This document shows, piece after piece, positions 55,265-64,000 of a stretch of DNA of 64,000 nucleotides. The stretch's first letter is position 1. Each line of letters begins with the position of its first letter. The notes under the pieces were generated by a model. That model was not told the DNA's origin and did not search any database. It saw nothing but the letters and a program-made list of their open reading frames with translations. The stretch spans positions 1-64,000 of the forward strand of contig JBHLMG010000007.1 in assembly GCA_048938385.1 (NCBI GenBank), read 5' to 3'. This DNA is from Promethearchaeota archaeon (GTDB taxonomy: Archaea > Asgardarchaeota > Hermodarchaeia > Hermodarchaeales > Hermodarchaeaceae). The position numbers and the translations under genes are program-made.

Positions 55265-56524
55265 TTACTGCCATTCGCGGAGGATGAGCATCGTCTCCAT
55301 ATCGATGACTCCTGGGACTTCTTCGATGTTCTTTAGGGTTTTAGCCCGTGTACTTGCCAAACTCCGAATATCGATTCGGATGATATAGTCCCATTTACCT
55401 GAAATGGCTGAAACGCGACTCACACCATGGATTTTTCGGAGTTTTGTTAGAATATCGCCGGTTCCTGGCCGGATTTTCACAAGGATGTAACCCCGCATTT
55501 CACTCATGGAGAGGGCTATGATTCCAGAAATGACAAAGACGGTGCCAATGATTTTAATCAGCCATGAGAGAAAATCTGTAGCAGGTGGGTTATACACTCC
55601 TGGGAAGAGATTCGCTCCAAGAAGAGTCAAGGGAATCCCAAGAATGATGGACACTGATCCAATCGCTTGAACCACTGACATCTTCCCGCGACCTAATGCC
55701 TGTAAGTAGGCTATAAGCGAGAAAAAGGTCAATCCAACAGGCGCAAAAAGCCAAGGCCAAATCGTTGGAAAATTAAATAATAGCATTAGAATAGCATCTG
55801 GAGTGATGAATGGAATCATGAAAATGGTCATGAATAAGTTCAAGAAAAGCAAAATCCAAAGGCGCAAATTTAGCGAATCGATGGTCGCTTCACGACGAAC
55901 TTCAGTTCGTTTTGCGCGACTTTGAAAAAAAACGCTTATCGATACGCCTCCTGCCCAAAAAACGATGACTATGAAAAGCATTCGAAGATCGAAGATTCCA
56001 GGTGTGATACCCACTAAAAGGACGCCAAAGGTGATAGCGACAATCGAGAGGGCTTCAATCGGACTGGGCCAATCTCGAAGGAGGATGAGATCACCAATCA
56101 TGAGGTAAATCAAGGAGAACCGAGAAAAGGGAATCACGGCTGAAACATCCGCGCTCAGTCCTGTTATGAAATAGTAAGCAAAAGTGCTCGCTCCCGAGAA
56201 TACTCCTGCTAGAACGACATCTAGTAGAATCTTGCGTGAAGGTAGGCTTATGTGCGCAAAGGAGCGGTCTAGATGAGTTCCAAGGCTTCTTCGGCGTGGT
56301 CGGTTAACCGGGATGCTGAGCACGAGAAGCAAAATGAAGGTGAAAAGCAACGCAAACCACTGTTCTGCTAGGGCAAACGCAATTGGATTGGGTAGCAAGA
56401 CCCGGTAGACAAAGACATCGGAAAACACAGAGAATGCAAATAACACTCCGGCTGTTAACGCCAAGAAGTAGAAAGTTACACGGGCTCCCGAACGCCCAAT
56501 CCTCCTTTCCATTGCAGCTCGCAA
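55265..56524 (-). CDS. EamA/DMT-family transporter fused to a C-terminal Lrp/AsnC ligand-binding (RAM) domain
   Basis: 10 TM segments in two repeats, then GYILVK...V..V.AISGKWDYII.......I.....GV...ET. Confidence 0.8.
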   Translation of the reverse strand: MRAAMERRIGRSGARVTFYFLALTAGVLFAFSVFSDVFVYRVLLPNPIAFALAEQWFALLFTFILLLVLSIPVNRPRRRSLGTHLDRSFAHISLPSRKILLDVVLAGVFSGASTFAYYFITGLSADVSAVIPFSRFSLIYLMIGDLILLRDWPSPIEALSIVAITFGVLLVGITPGIFDLRMLFIVIVFWAGGVSISVFFQSRAKRTEVRREATIDSLNLRLWILLFLNLFMTIFMIPFITPDAILMLLFNFPTIWPWLFAPVGLTFFSLIAYLQALGRGKMSVVQAIGSVSIILGIPLTLLGANLFPGVYNPPATDFLSWLIKIIGTVFVISGIIALSMSEMRGYILVKIRPGTGDILTKLRKIHGVSRVSAISGKWDYIIRIDIRSLASTRAKTLKNIEEVPGVIDMETMLILREWQ

Positions 56525-56559
56525 GGCTTTCCTTCTCCTCGGTAAATCGTGAATTCTAG

Positions 56560-56799
56560 TTAAAATTCCTTCTCTACAACTGCCGTGGTGATGGCTTCTA
56601 AACCTTGGATTTTACCAATTTTGTTAGCTGTCAAGTCGTAAAGCGTTTCAAGGTTGGGTAAGTCAAATCTAGCAATGATATCGTATTCTCCAGTTGTTAC
56701 CGTGATACTTGTTGCAGTCTCAAGTTCCCGCAAAGCATCCACAGCTTTTTGGATGTGTCCCATAAACACCTTGATCATAATGTATACTGCGACTTCCAT
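56560..56799 (-). CDS. Stand-alone Lrp/AsnC ligand-binding domain
   Basis: 79 aa, TTGEYDIIA motif, no HTH. Confidence 0.88.
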   Translation of the reverse strand: MEVAVYIMIKVFMGHIQKAVDALRELETATSITVTTGEYDIIARFDLPNLETLYDLTANKIGKIQGLEAITTAVVEKEF

Positions 56800-56978
56800 T
56801 GCATCTCGCCTTTACTACAGATAGTGCCCTCACCTCTCATTCGATGATTAAAGGTTTTTCCTTAAAAATGGAAGAATCGAGGCTCTTCGTGATTCACCTA
56901 TGCCTTCTGAAGTACACCGCAACTGGGATCTCTTATTTTCAGAGTTGACGACAGGGCGACTAACGCTGAATCGGTTTC

Positions 56979-57281
56979 TTATACTTTCAAGAGATGGTCG
57001 GTTTCTGATTCCATTTTTACACAGGTTTCAATGAAATCATCAAGGGCGTATCGTTCACTTCCCACACAATGCTGTGCTTTAAGGCGTGCTGAATGAATGG
57101 CTATTAGTAGTGATTCTCGAACAGCATTCTCAATAGGCATTCCCAATGAAAGAAGATGGGGGATCTGCTCGACTAATCCCTTTGCCAAGGGCAACGCTGG
57201 TCCACGCGCTTTTAGAGCAACTCGGTTTACGGTGGCTTTTATCAACCAATGCGACTCAATCATTCCACACACACTCCACAT
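56979..57281 (-). CDS. Hypothetical protein
   Basis: 100-aa ORF only. Confidence 0.45.
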   Translation of the reverse strand: MWSVCGMIESHWLIKATVNRVALKARGPALPLAKGLVEQIPHLLSLGMPIENAVRESLLIAIHSARLKAQHCVGSERYALDDFIETCVKMESETDHLLKV

Positions 57282-57788
57282 TGTATCCTCACAAACTACA
57301 CTACTTAAACATCACAAATTTCTTGTGGCTCTTTTCCATTAAACTCTTCTTGGCGACGAATTTCAATAAATTGGCTGACGCTGTGAAATTATTCTCCAGA
57401 AAGGGTTAAAATGAAAATTCCAAACCATTGAACAAACGCCTTCCAAAGGTAGTTTAGAATTTTCTGAAGTTTTGGCTACTATTTTCAGCAACTCTTATTC
57501 GTTTAGCTAGATTTTTCAAAAAAAACTTGATCCAACTGAAAATTCTAGCAGAAATGTAACATTAGGTGAGGATTGCTACCCTACCCTGTGAGAACTTGTT
57601 GTTGACCGTAGCTTCTCCAATACGGCAATGAAAAATGAAACCAATCGCAAAAAATAGTTCCTTAGTATGAGGCATTTCTTGGGATTAAAACTCACTTCTA
57701 ACAGCATGGGCTTGCTTCAAGTCCTCAGTAATTCGTCGTCCTCCACGAATAGGAACGCTTAAAAAAGTACCAAATTCCTCGCCCGGCT

Positions 57789-58856
57789 TTGCCAATCAGC
57801 TTGTTTGATGTGAAAAAGGTGAATCCAGAACGACCTACCGGTATACAAAGGCAACTCACAAGGCAGGAGTTTAAAGTCTTGCCGACTAGAATCAATGGCG
57901 CTCAACTGGCTCTCCATTTTACTGACAATTATGGTGTTGTTTGCTGCGACATTCTCATTTATCGAGAAGTGACAAAAGAGGGTAGGGCGCTTGACGAAGA
58001 GGCTACCTATCTTTTTCAATCACTCGGACAACTCCAAACCCTACTTTGTAGCCATGCCCATCACATTGATCCAAGCATTCAGAGCCATGCCATTTCATTC
58101 CTTGGTAAAAAGGCTTACCTGCTTACCAACAATGCTAAGCGACTGATAAACTGCCGACTCCACCCCCTTCTTATTCTAATTCCTTCACAAATACCGCCTT
58201 CCCCAAAGGATCTAGCGTCAGTGTATCCTCTTCATGTCCTTCAAGCCGCAGAACTCGAGTCTTACTTAACAAAAGTTCTCTCGACCAAGGGCACAGATCT
58301 AGCTTCTTCTAGGACAAAATTTCAGAGCCTCCGCAAAGCCTATCGCTTCTTAGGATCTGCTTTAATTCTACTTCCCCTACTCTTGGGGCTTTCAGGTATC
58401 CTATTAGGCAGTGGTCTATCGTTACTCGCGGCTCTCTTCGCCCTAGCAGGCGCTCTTGGTCCTCTCTTCCTCCTTCGAGGGGCCCGATCTGCGTTTCAGC
58501 AATTTCAATTCATTCAATCAATCACCATCTTTCCGCCAACCACTTTGCAAACAATTCATTCCGATCCGAAAGGCCGTCCACGCATACTCCTGAAATCTAG
58601 CCCAATGTCAACACCTCAAGCAACCTCAATTGACTTACCCGTTATAAACAAACGCCGTTTAGTTCAACCTAAACCCGAAGATCTTGTTACAACTACCAAC
58701 AATTCATTTTCTTCAGAAACCCCTTCCTCCCTTGATGAACAAGCCACGCAACCTACTACCTCTCAGTCATCAATACAAGCAAGCCGTTCCAAGGCAAATC
58801 AATCGGAATATCCTCCAAATCAAAAGCATATCTCACAAGCAACACAACCAGGGTGA
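57789..58856 (+). CDS. Hypothetical membrane protein with a Ser/Thr/Gln-rich tail
   Basis: Two central TM segments; first gene of an apparent operon. Confidence 0.6.
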   Translation: MPISLFDVKKVNPERPTGIQRQLTRQEFKVLPTRINGAQLALHFTDNYGVVCCDILIYREVTKEGRALDEEATYLFQSLGQLQTLLCSHAHHIDPSIQSHAISFLGKKAYLLTNNAKRLINCRLHPLLILIPSQIPPSPKDLASVYPLHVLQAAELESYLTKVLSTKGTDLASSRTKFQSLRKAYRFLGSALILLPLLLGLSGILLGSGLSLLAALFALAGALGPLFLLRGARSAFQQFQFIQSITIFPPTTLQTIHSDPKGRPRILLKSSPMSTPQATSIDLPVINKRRLVQPKPEDLVTTTNNSFSSETPSSLDEQATQPTTSQSSIQASRSKANQSEYPPNQKHISQATQPG

Positions 58857-58860
58857 ACTC

Positions 58861-59529
58861 ATGCAAGTCACACCAGACATCTACGCGTTGGGCTTCATTC
58901 TCAAAGCCTTCATCGCAATCCCGCTGTTCTTATGTGTTAGTCTGATTTTCTTAAAAATAATTAATCTAGTCAGTAGCCGATTACATACACTTGTCCGCTA
59001 TCTCGCATTCCCAGGGGTGGTTCTTCACGAAGTATGCCATGACCTCCTCTGCAGGATTACAGGGATACCCGTTCTTGAACATCGAATATTCATCAAAACC
59101 CATAAAGGCGTTTGTAATGGACTCGTCATGGATACTCAACATATCCGAACCTTCACTACTGGCTTCTTGGTAGGGTTTGCCCCGCTCATTATTTTGGCCC
59201 TGTCACTCTATTTTTTTATCACTTTTTGGACGCAACTACCCATGCATGAAATCCTCAAATGCTATTTCGTTTTTTGCTTCTTCATCGGGCTTGCTCCTAG
59301 TAAAACCGATTTACAGATTGTCTCCTCAATAGTAAAAGACCATCCCCGTCAAACCCTCCTTGAACTAAGCCTAATATCTCTTCCTTTCTTTGCTACCATT
59401 GGATATCTTTTCATCCGGTCCCTTTGGCTTCTTCCCTTTTCGCTCTTAGTTTTTTCTGGCGTGTTCTTGGTAGGGGTTTTAGTATCGTTTCTTCTCTGGC
59501 GCCTCCTTAAACAATACCGAAATTCATAA
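58861..59529 (+). CDS. Membrane zinc metalloprotease-like protein (HEXXH)
   Basis: PGVVLHEVCH, FAP and PSKTD motifs; GGGTGA SD before 58861. Confidence 0.75.
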   Translation: MQVTPDIYALGFILKAFIAIPLFLCVSLIFLKIINLVSSRLHTLVRYLAFPGVVLHEVCHDLLCRITGIPVLEHRIFIKTHKGVCNGLVMDTQHIRTFTTGFLVGFAPLIILALSLYFFITFWTQLPMHEILKCYFVFCFFIGLAPSKTDLQIVSSIVKDHPRQTLLELSLISLPFFATIGYLFIRSLWLLPFSLLVFSGVFLVGVLVSFLLWRLLKQYRNS

Positions 59530-59605
59530 AAACAAATCAAAAACCGCACCTCGCTCAATGAGACCACACTATCAGAAACGAATCCGAGGCTCTAGATGTT
59601 GTTGA

Positions 59606-60544
59606 ATGTTATCAGATGGTTGGCTCAAAAAACCCGAAGAATTCATAACTATGGGAAATGTGAGAAGAGTGATAAAACCACTATCAAGCTTTAACAGAAA
59701 GGCACCTATCAAATCCCAACCCTTGTTGCTCCTCCTCTTTGTGCTCGTTTCTCCCTTGATTAGCTGCACAGCTTCTTTTTCTCCCACTTCGGTATCTGCT
59801 CAGGAAACCCGCATCTATCAACTTCGAGTCATTACGACTTATCAAAACCTCACTAGCTCTTATTTTGGTACTGAAATTGTCAGTCTGAACTCTACAGGGG
59901 ATCTCTCGTTTGAAGGGATTCTCTCTTGGAATATTACCTTTGATGAGGGTCAAACTTGGTTATCAGACTCCGTTCAGGTCACCTATGATTGGAACCGTAC
60001 CTACCAGTATGCTGGGCTAATGAGGTATACTGCATGGTGGATTCATCCTAGTGTTCAACTCGGTTCACAAATCCAGATTGACGGAGATGCTCCCGCCACC
60101 AACAATCATCTGCGTATCCAACCGTTCACAGTCACTGATCTCATTTCTTTGGATCTCGATCGAACCTATTACCTCTGTTGGCAGCTCACCTATAACACTA
60201 ATCACCAACATGAAACCTACTACTATGACTACTATACAGGCGTACTGCTCAAAGCTTCCACCATCGTCGAAAACATCGATCAACCAGTTCATGAAATCTA
60301 TTTAACAATGGAGTCAGCCACCCCCGCACCACCTAGCATCAACCCCTTCCACCATCTCTGGATCACTTACAATTCCTTTCTTTTAGCCCTCATCGGGGCT
60401 TCCTTAGTCTCCCTCATTGTCTACTACTTATTACAACGATTACGCACACAAAGGTTCCAGACGCCCTTTTCTGTCCCTTTTGAAAACGCAAGGCTTAAAA
60501 ACGAACTAAAAATCCCCGCCCGACATCCCTACTCGGGGGACTAA
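59606..60544 (+). CDS. Hypothetical secreted, membrane-anchored protein
   Basis: Signal-like segment, YYD..TG.LL beta-rich domain, C-terminal TM. Confidence 0.65.
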   Translation: MLSDGWLKKPEEFITMGNVRRVIKPLSSFNRKAPIKSQPLLLLLFVLVSPLISCTASFSPTSVSAQETRIYQLRVITTYQNLTSSYFGTEIVSLNSTGDLSFEGILSWNITFDEGQTWLSDSVQVTYDWNRTYQYAGLMRYTAWWIHPSVQLGSQIQIDGDAPATNNHLRIQPFTVTDLISLDLDRTYYLCWQLTYNTNHQHETYYYDYYTGVLLKASTIVENIDQPVHEIYLTMESATPAPPSINPFHHLWITYNSFLLALIGASLVSLIVYYLLQRLRTQRFQTPFSVPFENARLKNELKIPARHPYSGD

Positions 60545-60548
60545 GAAT

Positions 60549-63500
60549 ATGACCGCAAAACTTCATACTTTCGCTAATCTTCTTTTAGTGAGCTTCTTCG
60601 TTCTACTCCTTGCGGGAATTCCTTCTTTAAGTCCCTACCTTTCTTGCATTCCTCAAGATAGAACTAACTCACAGGCTAAGCCTTCCTTTCAAGCCTTCTC
60701 TTCGCCAGTTAGTGAACAAGGAGAAGAACTCCCTCTCAAGCCCGCTCAGACATTTCTTCCAAGCCCAGGTTCAGCACCTCCACTTTTTGGTGACATCCTC
60801 GTTGTGTATGGGGAGTATGTGAACGAATCCGGACAAGAGCCGGTAACGCCCTGGGTTACATTCTTCTTAAACTTAGGATTCAACGCCTCGGGAATCCATA
60901 TCAATGCCCTAGCCAATGCACCTTCCTATGATGTGTTAGTAGTAACACCGAGCGTGGGTATGAGTGGATTAGCCTTTGGTGTTTCTTTATCTGATGCGCA
61001 ACATGTTATGAACACCTCACAGCCCATTCTATTGCTTGGGTATGCCCATGAAGTACTCGATCTGTTAGCAGGGTTTAATCCGGCCACAGACTTCATCCCT
61101 AGTCTGGAGCGCTACTTGTGGTCTGCTGAGCCATCTCTTCAAATCTATAATACTCCCCATGAAATTCCCTCAACACAGGGACGCTTCCCACTCTATACTA
61201 CTCATATCACCTACGATGCTTATCGCCCAAACTCCCTACCTGTGAAAACCGAAGTATTGGGTACTAACTTTGATGGTTCTGGTGTCCAACTACTTTGGTA
61301 TAGGGCGATCTCCTCAAATCCTCACATCTACTATTGGGGTCTAGACCAAGTGGGTCATCTTACCGACTATGGTGGATTCTTTTGTGAGAACCTTCTCTTA
61401 TGGTTGCTCCGACCAACTTTCCAACAGCGTTTAGGCGCCACTTTGGCATCTCTTCAACTCGCTGGAGATGTACCTGTCGACTATTGGCAGCTCCACGGTG
61501 CTGGTGGCTTTGGATACCCTCTCGAACCCTCCTTACGATTCACATATTATGTCACCAGTCTGGTCTCAACCCATGGATTAGATGTAAATACGACGCCCTT
61601 TGGGTCATGGCTTCATGACACTTTCAACTCAACGCTCGGTTATTTTGAAGACTTGGCAAGCTCTCAGCTTCTGGATCGGTGCATTACAACAAGTATGTCG
61701 GTTCTTACCGCCCAGTATCTTGGAATTCTCTATCAGTTCAATATTTCACAAATTGGCGATTACATTGCCAGCTGTCAAGATTCAATAACCGGTGGATTTT
61801 TCACAGGTCATGGTGCTGCATCCGTAAACCTTGTGGCAACCCGTTTCGCCGTTGAAGCCCTCCACGCTATCGATCAGCTCAATAAAATTAATACTAGTGC
61901 GGTCATTTCCTTTGTCAGTAATTGTCAAGAATTAGATTCTTTGAGTTCAGAATATGGAGGGTTCTATTCCACCTCTTCTGGAGGTATCGTAGCCAGCCTA
62001 ATGAATGTCCAAGATGCTCTGATAATACTCTCAGTGCTGGGTGAACTTGACTCTTTTGATGACACCTCGCTCATAGGTTTTCTGGCGGGCTGTGAAGAAC
62101 CTCCAGACTCGGGAATTTTCGATGTGACACGAACCATGAGTTCTGATTATTGGGTTCTTGGTACAGCTTTGGCAATTCAGATTTTAACAGTGCTAAACGA
62201 AACTAGCGTGTTTGATATTTCCAACGGACGAGCATTCATTGTGGCGAACCAATATCCTAATGGCGGGTGGGGACGCGGGGACGCACAACACGATTTTCAC
62301 AATTCACCTGATGAAACCTGGTTCGCTGTTCAAGGGCTTGCACCCACTGGGGGACTTGGATCCTGTCAAGATGGTCTCACACAATATTTGCGTGATTGTT
62401 CCACAGGCTGGGGTGGAGCCACGGAACCTATTTCCTTTGGTGATTTCCTAACGAGCGTCCAAATTATTTCAGCTCTAAATCAAGCGGATGCATTATCAGC
62501 TGTGAATATAACGGCGTTTTTAGAGTACCTAATCTATTGCTGGTCCTCTCCACGGACCTCTTTCACAGCGCATCAACTCCCTCCGGGCGTAAGTGCTGAC
62601 ACAGACACTCCAACACCTGATCGTGTCGCGATCGAAGCCGCTACCTTTGGTCCCCTTTACCATTACGCCTTTGCCATTCTCACTCAAATACTTCCGCTCA
62701 CTGGAGATCCTTGGTCCACATGGGCTCTTCAAATTCGCCAGGAAATCGAAGCTAGCCAAACATTCGAACCTGGCTATCGAGGTATGTTTGGGCTCCATCA
62801 CCTTTATATCGGGCGTGAGAGCGATCTCACCTTTCGGTTTGACACTACTTGTTGGGACCTTCTGGCTCATCAACGATTAGGGGGACACCCCGGGGATCTC
62901 ATCAATGCCACTACGGTTCTTGAGTATCTCTTAAGTTGCTTACATGGAAACACCACTCACCAATATTTCTACGATTCGCTCCATTCTGTTCCCCTCCCTG
63001 AAGCATGGCGGATCGCTGATGGATATCTCGCTGAAACATGGCTAGGACTCCAAGCCGTTGCTTACCTCGATCCCACCTGTAACGGATTAGACGGACAACG
63101 AATCGCCACTTATGCTAGCCAGTTCCTTCTCAGCAATTTGTCTCTCATCACTGCATTCTATGCCACCGAGATCCTATACCTTTTAGCGGATATAGGATTG
63201 TATCCGGCCGCGCTAACCCTCTTAAACCATGATTCTCTCAAAACTTACTTGATGGATGCTTTCACTTATCAGGGCTCTATCAAGGACTCAAGTCTGCCCT
63301 CTGGGAAATGGTTACCATATCAGTTGGACCTCGCATTAAAACTCAGTCATCGCCTCAGCCTCTACCCTTTGCTTGACTGCAATCCCATCCTTAACCTTTC
63401 AAACATACACTATCCAAGCGAAACCCTCACAATTGGTGAATCAGTATCCTTTAACGCAACAGCCAATGAATTACGCTGGAATCTTCAGCTGGCAAATATC

Positions 63501-64000
63501 ACCGTAACAGCCAACATCTTTGACACAAGCTTTACAAACTCTTGTGATCCTCATCGTCCAGGACTTTGGCACATTCAGACGATCATACCTGCAAAGGTCG
63601 ACGCGTTAGGTCCGCAAAACCTTACCCTGATAGCAATAGCTCCCGGAGCAGTCCCCTGTTACCTACAGTATACAGAAATTTGCGAAGTTAAGGGAAACAT
63701 CACCGTGCTTCCCAGCTATGCTCCTGGATTAAATGTACCACGGAGTATTCCACTGAATATCTCAGTCCAATTGAGCTTAAGCGGAGCCACACCCCCTGAA
63801 TCCCTGCTCTCAACAGGCAATATTTCCGTAGTTATTGAAACGGTTACTTCCATCTATTACCTACCTTATCAAGATCTAGGCTGGTATACAACCCTCATCC
63901 CTACCAACACTCTGGAAGCGAAAACTTACACCCTTTTCATCAACGCTAGCGCCCCTTACTGCACACCTATCCACACAACGGTCTTTTTGAACATCGTGGT
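60549..64000 (+). CDS. Large secreted protein with prenyltransferase/squalene-cyclase (PFTB/QW-like) repeats and Ig-like domains; partial, runs off the window
   Basis: Open frame from the ATG at 60549 (MTAKLHTFANLLLVSFFVLLLAG) with no stop seen. Repeats YIASCQDSITGGF, FVSNCQ....EYGGF and FIVANQYPNGGWG; many N-glycosylation sequons. Confidence 0.8.
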   Translation, partial: MTAKLHTFANLLLVSFFVLLLAGIPSLSPYLSCIPQDRTNSQAKPSFQAFSSPVSEQGEELPLKPAQTFLPSPGSAPPLFGDILVVYGEYVNESGQEPVTPWVTFFLNLGFNASGIHINALANAPSYDVLVVTPSVGMSGLAFGVSLSDAQHVMNTSQPILLLGYAHEVLDLLAGFNPATDFIPSLERYLWSAEPSLQIYNTPHEIPSTQGRFPLYTTHITYDAYRPNSLPVKTEVLGTNFDGSGVQLLWYRAISSNPHIYYWGLDQVGHLTDYGGFFCENLLLWLLRPTFQQRLGATLASLQLAGDVPVDYWQLHGAGGFGYPLEPSLRFTYYVTSLVSTHGLDVNTTPFGSWLHDTFNSTLGYFEDLASSQLLDRCITTSMSVLTAQYLGILYQFNISQIGDYIASCQDSITGGFFTGHGAASVNLVATRFAVEALHAIDQLNKINTSAVISFVSNCQELDSLSSEYGGFYSTSSGGIVASLMNVQDALIILSVLGELDSFDDTSLIGFLAGCEEPPDSGIFDVTRTMSSDYWVLGTALAIQILTVLNETSVFDISNGRAFIVANQYPNGGWGRGDAQHDFHNSPDETWFAVQGLAPTGGLGSCQDGLTQYLRDCSTGWGGATEPISFGDFLTSVQIISALNQADALSAVNITAFLEYLIYCWSSPRTSFTAHQLPPGVSADTDTPTPDRVAIEAATFGPLYHYAFAILTQILPLTGDPWSTWALQIRQEIEASQTFEPGYRGMFGLHHLYIGRESDLTFRFDTTCWDLLAHQRLGGHPGDLINATTVLEYLLSCLHGNTTHQYFYDSLHSVPLPEAWRIADGYLAETWLGLQAVAYLDPTCNGLDGQRIATYASQFLLSNLSLITAFYATEILYLLADIGLYPAALTLLNHDSLKTYLMDAFTYQGSIKDSSLPSGKWLPYQLDLALKLSHRLSLYPLLDCNPILNLSNIHYPSETLTIGESVSFNATANELRWNLQLANITVTANIFDTSFTNSCDPHRPGLWHIQTIIPAKVDALGPQNLTLIAIAPGAVPCYLQYTEICEVKGNITVLPSYAPGLNVPRSIPLNISVQLSLSGATPPESLLSTGNISVVIETVTSIYYLPYQDLGWYTTLIPTNTLEAKTYTLFINASAPYCTPIHTTVFLNIV

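Noticed and set aside
61400-62880. Short track ORFs in the last 3.5 kb
   Set aside because: They are out-of-frame or antisense shadows of the long open frame starting at 60549.
57789-64000. C/T-rich plus strand as a foreign island or skew switch
   Set aside because: Coding strands appear C-rich throughout the window, and no mobility genes or att sites were seen.

Overview
This is a gene-dense archaeal chromosomal segment. Archaeal markers are gatDE, archaeal-type tpiA, AfpA, a SAMP and TATA-type promoters. An eL22 homologue, a roadblock protein with a small GTPase, and a TRAP-beta-like domain point to an Asgard archaeon (inference). No CRISPR array, transposase, integrase or rRNA was seen. 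0-17 kb is mostly housekeeping (mscL, tpiA, eL22, glyS, gatDE, rnz, tRNA-Arg, ppa). The most interesting region is 16.7-24.4 kb, which looks like an undescribed nitrogen/glutamate control module. It contains a glutamate dehydrogenase with a duplicated N-terminal extension, a 645-aa ribbon-helix-helix regulator with about four V4R-like repeats, and a Walker-A-less KaiC-like protein. TGTWCA boxes occur with the same 21+9 bp spacing in both the gdh and regulator promoters. At 24.6-32.5 kb an nfnA/nfnB (sudB/sudA) pair is split by an SCP2, dehydrogenase, FGGY kinase, class II aldolase and AOR cassette. 34-47 kb is a lipid/glycolipid scavenging neighbourhood with a GH5_12-like hydrolase, acyl-CoA ligase, FabH-like enzyme and Spinster-like MFS. 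Also present are two rod-shaped candidate ncRNAs, several small ORFs below the track cut-off, and a secreted prenyltransferase-repeat protein of more than 1150 aa that runs off the window end and is absent from the ORF track. All product calls come from motif recognition by eye; no searches were run.
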